A DNA stretch of 64,000 nt from assembly GCA_964016885.1 (NCBI GenBank), contig OZ024749.1, forward strand, positions 36,456,001 to 36,520,000, written 5' to 3'. Below, piece by piece: positions 12,520 to 25,734 of this stretch. Each line of letters opens with the position of its first letter. Within the stretch, counting starts at the first letter, position 1. The position numbers were made by a program, and so were the translations under genes. The notes beneath the pieces were generated by a model. It saw only the letters and a list, made by a program, of their open reading frames with translations. It was not told the origin of the DNA and searched no databases. Source of the DNA: Eledone cirrhosa (taxonomy: Eukaryota).

Positions 12520-14177
12520 ACACCACTAACATCACAAACATCAACACCACTACACCATCACCATCATCACTACACCACCACCAGCGCCATTATATCATCA
12601 CTATACCACACCAACACCACCGCCACCACTATATCATCACCACTACACTACAACACACCATGTCACTAACACATCACCACTGCTACCCACCACCACCACC
12701 ACCACTATCATTACACCATCACTACCACCACCACCAACTATCACTACACCACCACTACCACCACTATCACTACACCACCATCACCACAGCCACACCACTG
12801 CCATCACTACCATCACCACTGTCGCAACCACACCACTGCCATCACTACCACACCACTGCCATCACTACCACACCACTGCCATCACTACCACACCACTGCC
12901 ATCACTACCACACCACTGCCATCACACCACCACCACCACTACCACACCACCACCACCACTACCACCACCATCCACATCAATAGTAAGAGCCAGTTCTAGA
13001 AAGTTCCATGTATGCCAGACCAATAGACATGTCAGACATCTCTGGAGTTTCCAGTCTAAAGTCTTCCCACAATTCTTTGTTACACACTTCCTGTTGCCAC
13101 GCGTCATCCTTCATTTTGCCATGTCAGGCAATAGTAGGATGGTTAGACATAATAGTGGTGGTGTTGTTGTTAGTGGTATGAGGTGGTGTTGTTGTTAGTG
13201 GTATGAGGTGGTGTTGTTGTTAGTGGCATGAGGTGGTGGTGTTAGTGGTATGAGGTGTTGTTGTTAGTGGTATGAGGTGGTGGTGGTGGTGTTAGTGGTA
13301 TGAGGTGTTGTTGTTAGTGGTATGAGGTGGTGGTGGTGTTAGTGGTATGTGGTGGTGTTGTTGTTAGTGGTATGAGGTGGTGTTGTTAGTGGTATGTGGT
13401 GGTGGTGGTGTTAGTGGTATGAGGTGGTGGTGGTGTTAGTGGTATGAGGTGGTGGTGGTGTTAGTGGTATGTGGTGGTGGTGGTGGTGTTAGTGGTATGA
13501 GGAGGTGGTGGTGTTAGTGGTATGAGGTGGTGGTGGTGTTAGTGGTATGTGGTGGGGGGTGGTATGTGGTGGGTGTGTTGTTAGTGGTGGGGGTGGTATG
13601 TGGTGGTGGTGGTGGTGGTGTTAGTGGTATGTGGAGGTGTTAGTGGTATGTGGTAGTTTTAGTGGTATGAAGTGGTGGTGGTGTTAGTGGTATTTGGTAT
13701 GTGGTGGTGTTAGTGGTAGCATTAGAGGAAGTGGTAAGGTAGTAGGTAAAGGTGTATTGAGGGTAGTGAAGGTGGTAGTACTACTCCACTGGTGATTGTA
13801 GTGTGAGTGATAGATGATGGTGGTGTCACTGCACACACACCACACACACCACATACCACACACACACACACACACACACACACACCACACACACACACCA
13901 CCACACACACACACCACCACACACACACACCACCACACACACACACCACCACACACACACACACCACCACACACACACACCACCACACACACACCACACA
14001 CACAGAAACCACACACACACACACACACACACACACCACACACACACACACACCACACACACACACACCACACACACACACACACACACACCACACACAC
14101 CACACACACCACACACACACCACACACACACACACAACACACCACACACACACACACCACACACACACACACACACC
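12520..14177. repeat. Low-complexity (CAC)n / (GGT)n / (CA,CAC)n blocks
   Basis: C-rich 12520-12980, G-rich ttagtggtatgaggtggtg units 13155-13790, CA-rich 13830-14177. Confidence 0.9.
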
Positions 14178-14656
14178 ATTATATCTTCCCTTTCACACTT
14201 CAGTGAGGTTCACTTTACAGTGAAATAATAATAATAATAATGATTATTATATGCAAGACCAATTTCTTGATGGGTGGAAGGGAACAGTGTAGTGGTGGTG
14301 GTGGCAAGGAGTGGGGAACAGCATGATGCAGTTTATTGAATCAATCAACTGCAAGAGGGAAGTTAGGAGAGAGTCAGTCATTGGTTTTATTGAATTAATA
14401 TGGGGTGGGCTCATAACTTGTAGGAGTGAGTGAGGGTGAGAGATATAGAGAGTGTGATATTGAATCAATGTGGATTCACAGCTACAGGAGTGGTAGGAGG
14501 TATTGAACCTAGCTTCACAACTGGGGGAGGAGGAAGAGGAGTGGAGCGGTTTCATTAAATCAGGAAAGTGTAATAAGGGTGGTTGTAGTGGGAGGTATTG
14601 ATGAACCACTGTAGCTTCACAGTGGTGGTATGAGGTAGAGTGAGAGAGTATGGTAT

Positions 14657-14708
<52 letters not shown>

Positions 14709-15002
14709 GTCCTATATGAGCAAGACATGGTCACCTGACCCAACTTCCCTCAAATAGGACAAACCTGTCTAACCCATCCTAGCGTGGAAGATAGACGTTA
14801 AACAATGACAATGATATATATCATGTAATATCTGTTTTCCATGCTAGCAAGAGTGGGGCGTATGTGTGTATCACCTCCACCACCACCTTTTAATATTTAT
14901 TTTCTATGCTTGTTGATATTAGGATGGGCATCCAGCTAGAGAAAAGCTACTTGAAAATGTCTTGTCCTGAATCATGCAGGCATTGTGAAAGTGGATTTAA
15001 AA

Positions 15003-15186
15003 ATAATTGTTTCTACTTTAGGCACAAGGCCAGCAAATACCAGTACATTACTGGTACTTTATTTTATAGACCCCGTAAGGATGAAAGGCAAAGTTAACCT
15101 CAGCGGGATTTGAACTCAGATCGTAAAGGGACGTAACTATGCTAGAAAGCATGGCGTCCAACCCTCTACCGATACTGCCAATTCAC
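15003..15186 (-). mobile_element. SINE A
   Basis: Near-consensus reverse copy. Confidence 0.9.
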
Positions 15187-15233
15187 GTAAAAATAATGAT
15201 GATGAGACATTAAAATAATCTTATAATCATTAA

Positions 15234-16511
15234 CCCTTTCTTTACCATACACAGCCTATAATTAGTTCATATTGATTTTGTAAATAAAGGCAGTGGATTC
15301 GCAGAATCGATAGAGCATCAGACAACATACTTCGTGGCATATAGTTATGGCTCTTTGCATTCTGATTTCAAATCCCGCCTCAGTTAGCTATGCCTTTCAT
15401 CCTTATGGGGTCGATAAATTAAAGTACCAGTAACCCTCTGGGGTCAATTTAATCAACTTTCCCCTCCTCAAAATTGTTACCATATTTCTATTGAAATACA
15501 TTGCCAATGATTTTGAAATAATTTTGAAAATAATCCAGAATTTGGAAAGATTTAGTAATATAACTAACTTTCTCATTGGAATATAACTTAACAAAGGTTC
15601 TTACATAAAATTATGATGGGAGGTTTTTAGATGCATATAAACATTTTAAAATAAAGTTTTGTATCATACCATCAGGCGCAGTTTCTTGTGGTGTGGTACT
15701 GAAATGGTTAAAACAGGTGGTTCTGTTTCAGAGAATAAGAAGTGGTTTTAGTTGGGATGGTATGAAAAAGTATTAAAGATTAAGAAGTTAGCCTGTAGTC
15801 AATGTAAAACCATTTATCAAATATGTCATATATATGGCACCATAAACCACACCCTGGTTATCCTGAAATATATGTGTCATTCTCTCTTCAAAAACAAAAT
15901 GGTTTGTAAAGAGCATCGAACTGAAAGAAATTCTTTCATCCGAAGTTTTCCTGCAACTCACTCTCTCTCTAAAACCTTAGACAACTTTAACACTTTTGTG
16001 ACCATATTACTTATGAAAGACACTGCTTTATGGATTTTTGAAAATAATTTGAAAATAATCAAGAATTTGTAGAGATTTGATAATATAACTAACTTTCTCA
16101 TTAAGTTGGTGTTTAGAGCATAACTTAACAAAGGTTCTGACATGAAATTATGCTGTGAATTTTTTATATATAAATATAAATATGTTATCCCTTTATAACC
16201 ATATTTCTGATGGAAGACACTGACTGTTCAAATTATTTTTTTAAATAATCAAGAATTTCAAGAGATTTGGTAACTAGTTTTCTCATTAAGTAGGTGTTTA
16301 TAGCTTAAAGCTTCTGACATAAAATCATGGTGGAAGGTTTTTAGATAAATATAAACACTTTAAAACAAACAGTTTTGTATTATAGAACCAGAGGTTTCTT
16401 GAACATAACTTAACAAAGTTTCTTACATAAAATTATAATGGAAGGTTCTTAAAACCGTTTTTATCATAGAAATAAAGACAGTTTCAGGCAATTTGATATC
16501 AAAAGGATTAA
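15234..16511. mobile_element. Cluster of piggyBac-like MITE family 2 copies with an embedded SINE A (15288-15475, +)
   Basis: TTAA-ccct at 15230, atgg-TTAA at 15708, aagga-TTAA near 16511; repeated gaaaataat..aagaattt..taactttctcatt blocks. Confidence 0.65.
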
Positions 16512-17034
16512 TATGATAATCTATCTTGTGAATGAACTAATATTGCAAAGAATTCTATCCAATCTCTGATATAATTTCCTTATTTCTGTGGAAGGAATTT
16601 CCATTTAATTGTGCCTTCATTCACAACAACCCACTGATTCTTGTTTAGTGTTTACCAATATACATTCTTCCTTTCCCCACTAATCTAATTTATGTGTGGA
16701 GGGGAGTGAGTAGGTGGGCAGGTTATCATTGTTTGTGGGTGTGGGTGTTAGTGCATACATACATGTGAGTATTATACATATAGGACAATACCTTAGCTTT
16801 CAGAAACTAAAGATGGGTGTATGAGAGAGAGAGACGAAGGGCGGAGAACTAAAAAAAAATTGGAAAAAAAAGGGTGGTGGTGGTGAGGGGCATGGTGAGA
16901 GGTTAAATGTGTGGAAGTGATATATTTTCTGCCTTCAGATACTGTTGACATCTCAACCCTCATGAATGTATTGAGAATATTGTGGTAGATGTGTTGATTA
17001 CAAATGCACACACTAATATATATATGTAACTATC

Positions 17035-17074
<40 letters not shown>

Positions 17075-17191
17075 GATGTAAATGTAACTATTCACACAAT
17101 CACACAGACATATCGGAACTTCGGCAAGAATTTAAGTTTGAAAACCAATCTGGGTTTTAGATAAACACTTTAAGGCTTTTGTTACCATATT

Positions 17192-17512
17192 TCTAATAAT
17201 AATAATAATAATAATGAAATTATTGTGTATAGTGCTCAGGTGCACTACAACTCGTCAAAGGTGTATGTATAGTACATAGAATACTACACAAATGTCAGAG
17301 AAGTACATGTGTGTATGTGTTAGCTGTAGTGTTGGCGGATCTCGGGAAGCATGGAGGCCTTAAAGGATACAGTGTCTCGACAGCTAACAACTGATGCAGG
17401 TAGTTTGTTCCATGCTTCAGCAACTCTGAGCGTGAAAAAATGTTTCCGAAAGTCATGGGAACTGTGCTGTTTTCTTACTTTGTGGGCATGTCCACGTGTG
17501 TTAGACACATGG
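17192..17512 (-). mobile_element. CR1-clade LINE 3' end inserted in a MITE family 2 copy
   Basis: TRGHAHKVRK...RKHFFTLRVAEAWNKLPASVV...FK is the typical CR1/L2 ORF2 C-terminus; (TTA)n tail; flanks join into the MITE. Confidence 0.85.
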
Positions 17513-18002
17513 AAAGACATTGCTCGTGAATTTCAAGTAATCAAGAATTTGAAGGGATGTAGTAATATAAATAACTTTTTTATTATTAAGCTGTTGTTTG
17601 GCAAATAGCTTAACAAAGATTCTTACATAAAATTAAAAGGAAGGTGTTCTATAGTGAGACTAAATCTGAAGTTATATGGTTTCAAAGGGAACTCCTTAAC
17701 CACACAACCATGCATGTACCATATACATCATTATATGTAGGCCTTTTTCTGCTTACATGGGTTGGATGTGTATTCTTCAGCACAGACTGCATCTACATTG
17801 TTGCATTCTTTTGTCATCTCCTCTCACTACTACTGCCCAGGTCTTCCTCCACTGCAACTACCTTTATATATATATATATACTAATTGTGTTTCCTAAATA
17901 TTATGTTTTTATATATATGTACAAAATGCTATATGTTTCTCTAACGATATATTACTATATACATGTACTTTTTTTTTTTTTTTGAATTATATATGTATAT
18001 AT

Positions 18003-18216
18003 AGTGAAGGCGGGTGGCTGAGAGGAGAATTGGATTCACAATCTTGAGGTTGTGAGTTCGATTCCTGGATCAGGCGATTCGTTATGTCCTTGAGCAAGAC
18101 ACTTTATTTCACGTTGCTCCTTCTACCTGGAGTTGTGACCGATAGATAGTACTAGCATCTAGAAAGACCGACGAAAACATTGTTTCCTCGGTCCGATTTT
18201 ACGAAAGTCGATCGAT

Positions 18217-18218
<2 letters not shown>
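18003..18218 (+). mobile_element. tRNA-derived SINE with CORE-like central block
   Basis: gagttcgattcc B-box; tgtccttgagcaagacactt block; ends in (TA)n. Confidence 0.8.
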
Positions 18219-18274
<56 letters not shown>

Positions 18275-18807
18275 TATTTATTTACTATTTGCACTGTGCT
18301 AATAATAAATATTTGCTCTACGGGGTTCATATATACTTATATATTTACAACCTTTATCAAGTCCTTTCTAGATTTTGGTCTTTGTATTTATTATTATTAC
18401 TACTACTACTACTACTACTATATGTGTGTGTGTCTATATATATATATATATAGGCTGGTTGTTGATAGGAAGGGCATCCAGCCATAGAAAACCTGCCAGG
18501 CAAACGGTTGAGAAGGTTTTTCAGTTATGTTAAAAATGGCAACTTCCTTAGTGAGATGCAGCCCCTGGCTCATTTGATAGGTCAGTGGTCCTGACTCAGG
18601 GAAAACTGATGGTGATGATATGCACAAACACAGATACAAACATGTAAACACACACATGCTAAGACATACACGGAAACGCACACTTGCATGCAAACACCCA
18701 CACAAACATACAAATAGTTTTTCTCCATAATCTCAACCCAAAACAGACAAATTCTAAACCTGATGTTTCCAGGTTTATTTTCTGACCAAATCCTTAACAA
18801 CAATAAT

Positions 18808-19231
18808 AATTGTTTCTACTTTGGGCACAAGGCCAGCAATTACCCAGTGCATTACTGGTACTTTATTTTATCGACCCCGTAAGGATGAAAGGCAAAGTCA
18901 ACCTCGGCGGGATTTGAACTCAGATCGTAAAGGGACGTAACTATGCTGGAAAGCATATCCGACCCTCTACCGATACTGCCAATTCACCGAATAATACTTA
19001 ATAACAATGCATTCGTTCCTATTTTTGTGCATATTTACTATTATTATTGGATTAGCAGTATCGGTAGAGGGTCGGACGCCATGCTTTCCAGCATAGTTAC
19101 GTCCCTTTACGATCTGAGTTCAAATCCCGCCGAGGTTGACTTTGCCTTTCATCCTTACGGGGTCGATAAAATAAAGTACCAGTAATGCACTGGGTAATTT
19201 GCTGGCCTTGTGCCTAAAGTAGAAACAATTA
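18808..19231. mobile_element. Divergent inverted pair of SINE A (18808-18989 minus, 19048-19231 plus)
   Basis: Two near-consensus copies in opposite orientation, about 60 bp apart. Confidence 0.9.
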
Positions 19232-19499
19232 TCATCATCATCATCGATGGTTTGCACAATATGTATGATGCTTACTGGATCTTCTACTGTCTATTGCATC
19301 TCAACAAAGATAGTAGTAGTAGTAGTAGTAGTAGTAACAGTGGTGGTGGTGGTGATGGTGGTGATGGTTAATAATAATTAGTAATGCTGTACAGTATTGG
19401 TTAATGCTAATGTTGTGGTTGTTAGTGGTGTGTTTGTAGTTGCTAATGTTGTGGTTTATTTGCAAGATATATTTTAATTCTGCTATCTAAACTGCAATA

Positions 19500-19762
19500 A
19501 TCTCTCCCTCTCTCCCTCTCTCTCTCCCTCCCTCTCTCTCTCTCTCCCTCCCTCTCTCTCTTTACATTGGATTAGAGTAATTGTTACCATGGAAATATAT
19601 CTTCCTTCCACAGCGGTGCTCAACTGTTGCTCTTGTCTTGCTAGACTCTCCTTTCACATGTCTCCAAACACACAGCTTTAAGGATCACCACATACACACA
19701 CACAGAAAATCTCTTTGTATCTCTCTATCTATCTCTTTTTATCTGTCTATCACTCTTTTTAT

Positions 19763-19808
<46 letters not shown>

Positions 19809-19925
19809 TTTTATCTGTCTATCACTCTTTTTATCCCTCCCTCTCCCTCTCTCTCTCTATCTCTTTTTATCTGTCTATCACTCTTTTTATCCCTCCCTCT
19901 CCCTCTCTCTCTCTATCTCTTTTTA

Positions 19926-19980
<55 letters not shown>

Positions 19981-20099
19981 ATCTCTTTTTATCTGTCTAT
20001 CACTCTTTTTATCCCTCCCTCTCCCTCTCTATCTCTTTTTATCTGTCTATCACTCTTTTTATCCCTCCCTCTCCCTCTCTCTCTATCTCTTTTTATCTG

Positions 20100-20159
<60 letters not shown>

Positions 20160-20250
20160 CCTCCCTCCTCTATCAGCCTCTTTTTTACGCTCCCTCACTC
20201 TTTTGCGCCCTCCCTCTGTCTCCCTCTGTCTCCCTCTATTTCTCCCTCAT
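19500..20250. repeat. Pyrimidine-rich compound repeat with ~60-bp unit
   Basis: ctatctctttttatctgtctatcactctttttatccctccctctccc repeated between (CT)n tracts. Confidence 0.85.
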
Positions 20251-20849
20251 TCAAGAAATATTGATTATTAGGTTTTACATGTGCATGCATAAACACACCT
20301 GTGTGTGTGTGTGTGTGTGTATATATATTTATATATACACACACATATATATATCTACAGCCTTTAAGCCACAACTGTGGCTTAAGGTTCTGGAGGTTCA
20401 TACCTAAAGTCACTTGACTACACACACATGCACACACATACATATAGTCACACGCACGCATACACACATATACATATAGTCACACACACACACATATGTC
20501 TCTGTGTGTGTGTATGTGTGTATTTCATGTTTAATGTGAATTCCATTATAATCCATCTATAAAGTCTTTTGTAGTGGATGGAGTTATGTTCTCCTGTTTT
20601 TATGGGATGTTATTATGTATTGTCATGTAACTAGCGTGTAATTTCTTTCTCTCTCTCTCTCTATCTATCTATCTCCCCCCTCTCCTTCTTTCCATACACA
20701 CACACACACACACACACACATATAGATATAGCTATACACATAGGCACACCACACTCGCACACGAATATCAATAAATTTAGGAACCTATTGGGTATGTTTG
20801 AAGATTTGAAATTTATTTCCATTTCTGATGATAAGTTGCCACACTCTAA

Positions 20850-21206
20850 CAAAATACACCCCGTCCCACCACCACCACCCCCACCCGATCCACACCACCC
20901 CGTTCTATGTAAAGTTATGTTGGTGCCGCGCCATCGAGGCCGAAACAAATGAGATCGTGTAGGTGTCACGACAAAAAAACACACAGTCCACGCTGTAATG
21001 TGGCCGTGTAGGCAACACGGTAAAAACCTCCCAGACCCACACTGTAAATGTGGTTGGTGTTAGGAAGGGCATCCAACTGTAGAAAACCTGCCAGACAGTC
21101 CTATGCGAACAAGACAATCACTCTTGCCTCAAGTGGGACTACCCCCGTCCAAACCCATGCAAGCGTGGAACAGGGACGTTAAACGTTGATGATGATGATG
21201 ATGATG
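20850..21206 (+). mobile_element. SINE 3' part with (TGA)n tail (family B-related)
   Basis: ggttggtgttaggaagggcatcca block, ggacgttaaacg(tga)n end; relatives at 14705-14815, 23558-23643, 50715-51062 and 55130-55295. Confidence 0.8.
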
Positions 21207-21269
21207 AAACTATAAAATATTGGAATAAATCAAGCAAATTACTCATGGGGGTGGAGAAAAAGGTGAACA

Positions 21270-21340
21270 CAGAGATGCCTGCAGGAATCGAACTGTGCAT
21301 CAGCCATATGCCAGATGGCTGCACTAACCAACTAGCCATA
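21270..21340 (-). pseudogene. tRNA-like head (tRNA pseudogene or SINE head)
   Basis: Minus strand tggctagttggttagtgc A-box, cagccatctggcatatggctg stem-loop, gttcgattcc B-box; no complete acceptor stem. Confidence 0.6.
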
Positions 21341-21929
21341 CATATACATATATATATGCTAATACGTGCTGTCTTGTATTCAGACATCATCCTTATCATC
21401 ATCAATTTGTGTCCACTTTTCATTGCTGGTATGTGTTGGATGAAACTTTTCGAGGCAGAAAATTCTAGAGCTAGTTGCCCTTCCTGATGTCCACCCATTT
21501 ACTCACACCTTACAATATGCCAGGGATTCAGTGTACCTGTTCTAAAAACTGAGGAACACCTGGCGTATATATATATATATATATATGTAGATAAATCTAC
21601 CAAGAGTTTACGGTAGTAATAATGAACTTTTTTTGTTTAATATAAGGAACTGTTTCATTGTTTATTCATTATTTGTTTAATATTTTATATATATATATAT
21701 ATATAATGTGTGTAGTAATTCCGTCGGAAAGGTCCAGGAAAAAAGAGTGCTCTATGTAGGTTACAGAGCTTAATATGTTATTACATAACTATATATATAT
21801 ATACGGGGTAACAAATAATAGTTAAATGCAGTCCACTTAGGTATAGTCCAGTTATGGTATTCCAGGTAGTGTCAGCTATGAGATTAAAAACCTTTTTTGT
21901 ATAGCAAACCATGTCAACCTTCTTTCCTG

Positions 21930-21970
<41 letters not shown>

Positions 21971-22969
21971 CGTTGTATGTGTCTGTGTGTGTTATGGGTT
22001 TGCACACAGTTTCTGCCTACCAATTCCACTCACAAGGCATTGATTAAGTCAAGGCTTTAGTAGAAGACACTAACCCAAGGTAATGCTCAGAACAACATGT
22101 CCATAAAACAAACATATTAACCATACAGTTGAATCTAAGACTAAATATTCACAATGATTAATTTCATCATCACCAACACGCAATGCTCTGGAGTTATGTC
22201 CCTTTAAATTTTTTCATCAAATCTTTTCCTATCTCTCTCTACTTTAATCAGCAGTACCAGTTATGCATTGGAAGATTTTAGCCCCCTTCCCCTATATATA
22301 TATATAGTAAAAAATTGAACGGGAACAAAACAGAGGCAGTACGAACAAAGGTTTATTAGTTTCACGCTCTTGAGAGTGGGGTGGTGGTATATATATATAT
22401 ATATATATGGAGTGAATAAATCAAGATCAAAACAGAGATAACACAGATGAACAAGTATAGTCATTGAGAAAGTCACAGAATGTGTGACAAAAGATCTTTG
22501 GCAATTAAACAACCATTCGGTTACTAAACTTAGCTGAAGAGTACATTAGTTACTTCACTAAACATAAAACTGAGGTGAAACTGAAATGGAGTGTGTGTTT
22601 TTATTGGTAACATGACCTTCATAATCCAACCGTGACAATCTCCACTGAAGTTTTCATGAAATAGTCTTTTAAGACTATACAGAGCTTTTGATGTTATTCC
22701 AAATTGAAGGATAAGTGTTTCAAACTTTGTTTTATCATGAGCTAAAGGTCTATAAATTTTTCCATGGATTTTACTAAATTCTGTGGATGAATTTGTATCC
22801 TGATTCTCTTTTGAGATGAGTTTGAGTTATTTTTCTAAATCTTTCGTTAACTACTTTTCCCATCTTGACGTTATAGTCGCATATATGTTATAGAATGCCG
22901 TTAGCTTCTTGCTAAAACAATCTCTATACGTCTCATTTATATTTATGTATATATATATTTATGTATATT

Positions 22970-23430
22970 ACATGTAAAGTTATATTTAAAATTGTTGGGT
23001 TACAACTAGTAAATATTTATAACTGATATAAAAGCACTCGGCAAATATTTGGAGTATATTTACAATATTAAATAAATGGAAAACTATATTTATAAAACCA
23101 TATTTATTTCATTATATATATTTCGGGGATATCATATTACAATATGCTATGCTTCATCAGACAAAATACAATATAAACAGTTTTATAGATAAATATATTC
23201 GACATACCGTAATAAACATCAACTTCATTTGAAGAGGTTTACTGCTAGCGTAAACCTCTTCAAATGAAGTTGATGTTTATTACGGTATGTCGAATATATT
23301 TATCTATAAAACTGTTTATATTGTATTTTGTCTGATGAAGGCATAGCATATTGTTAATATGATATCCCCGAAATATATATAATGAAATAAATATGGTTTT
23401 ATAAATATACTTTTCCATTTATTTAATATT
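22970..23430. mobile_element. Penelope-like (PLE) pLTR fragment with ~180-bp inverted duplication
   Basis: Arms 23064-23242 / 23250-23430; hammerhead motif in each arm; sister copy at 37220-37516. Confidence 0.75.
23324..23389 (+). ncRNA. Minimal type I hammerhead ribozyme motif
   Basis: tattttgt-CTGATGA-stem II-GAAA-palindromic atatatat-A-atgaaata; stem I pairs with two G.U. Confidence 0.7.
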
Positions 23431-23526
23431 TATGTATATATATATTTATGTATATATATATTTATGTATATATATATTTATGTATATATATATTTATGTA
23501 TATATATATTTATGTATATATATATT

Positions 23527-23557
<31 letters not shown>

Positions 23558-23841
23558 CTTGCCTCAAGTGGGACTACCCCCGTCCAAACCCATGCAAGCG
23601 TGGAACACGGACGTTAAACGTTGATGATGATGATGATGATGATATATATATTTATGTATATATATATTTATGTATATATATATGTATAATATATATATAT
23701 ATATATTTATGTATATATATATGTATATATTTATATATATATATATATATATTTATGTATATATATATGTATATATTTATATATATATATATATATTTAT
23801 GTATATATATATGTATATATTTATGTATATATATATGTATA

Positions 23842-23920
<79 letters not shown>

Positions 23921-23921
23921 T

Positions 23922-23952
<31 letters not shown>

Positions 23953-24288
23953 TTATATATATATATATGTATATATTTATGTATATATATATGTATATAT
24001 TTATGTATATATATATATGTATTATATTTATGTATATATATATATGTATATATTTATTTATATATATATATAATTTATATATATATATATATTTATATAG
24101 ATATATGTATATATTTATGTATATATTTGTATATATATATATGTATATATTTATGTATATATTTGTATATATATATATGTATATATTTATATATATGTAT
24201 ATATATATATGTATATATTTATAATATGTATATATATATATGTATATATTTATATATATGTATATGTATATATTTATATATATGTATA

Positions 24289-24331
<43 letters not shown>

Positions 24332-25171
24332 TTATATATGTATATCATCATCATCATTTCATTTTACATCCGCTTTTCCCTGCTTGCAAGGGTGGGACGG
24401 GAACTGATTCTGGCTTGATTTCTACAGCTGGATGCCCTTCCTAACACCAACCTCATTTACAGTGAGTGCTGGGTGCTTTTCTGCCGTGGCACCTCCACGA
24501 CCACGTTGCAGTGGAATGATATGGACCCCAGTCCCTATCATCTCATTTCTACAGCTGAGTAAATAATATATTATATATATATGTATATATTTATATATAT
24601 ATATATGTATATATTTATATATATATTATATAGTATATATTTATATATATATTTATATATATATGTGTATATATTTATATATATATGTGTATATATTATA
24701 TAATATATATGTATATATTTATATATATATTTATATATATATGTGTATATATTTATATATATATGTGTATATATTTATATATGTATATATTTATATATAT
24801 ATATATATATGTATATATTTATATATATATATATATATGTATATATTTATATATATATATATATATGTATATATTTATATATATATATATATGTATATAT
24901 TTATATATATATATATATATGTATATATTTATATATATATATATATATATGTATATATTTATATATATATATATATGTGTATATATTTATATATATATAT
25001 TTATATATATATATGTATATATTTATATATATATGTGTATATATTTATATATATATATGTATATATTTATATATATATATTTATATATATATATGTATAT
25101 ATTTATATATATATATTTATATATATATATGTATATATTTATATATATATATTTATATATATATATGTATA

Positions 25172-25210
<39 letters not shown>

Positions 25211-25562
25211 TTATATATATATTTATATATATTTATATATATATATGTATATATTTATATATATATTTATATATATTTATATATATATATGTATATATTT
25301 ATATATATATTTATATATATATGTATATATTTATATATATATTTATATATATATGTATATATTTATATATATATGTATATATTTATATATATATGTATAT
25401 ATTTATGTATATATTTATATATATATTTATATATATATTTATATATATATGTATATATGTATATATTTATATATATGTGTATATATTTATATATATGTGT
25501 ATATATTTATATATATGTGTATATATTTATATATATGTGTATATATATATTATATATATATA
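23430..25562. repeat. ~2.1-kb interrupted (TA)n satellite (tatatatttat/atgt variants)
   Basis: Direct inspection; contains SINE insertions at 23558-23643 and 24344-24563. Confidence 0.95.
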
Positions 25563-25734
25563 TAAACCAATTAATAGAAACTGACAGTTTGTGGCAGGTA
25601 TTTAGGTATTTTTGATAAACTAATATAAAAATAATTTTCTGCCCCTGGCATGTGTTAACAGGGACATTTTATGTAGAAATATCAGGATTCAAAGTGTTAG
25701 AACTAAATATATAATGAGATACACCTCTTATAAT

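Noticed and set aside
12980-13125. Minus-strand peptide MKDDAWQQEVCNKELWEDFRLETPEM...
   Set aside because: Short, no splice sites; could be a decayed LINE C-terminus but cannot be assigned
13155-13720. Telomere-like ttagtgg repeats
   Set aside because: Not TTAGGG or TTAGG; embedded in a variable (GGT)n satellite
20825-20835. CTGATGA hits here and at 1664, 27615, 31302(-), 45895(-) and 57757
   Set aside because: No stem II/GAAA/UH/stem I arrangement, so not hammerheads
21270-21340. Functional tRNA gene
   Set aside because: A and B boxes present but no acceptor stem; treated as a pseudogene or SINE head
23432-25615. Long IY-rich ORFs (up to 326 aa)
   Set aside because: Pure (TA)n-derived translation; not coding evidence
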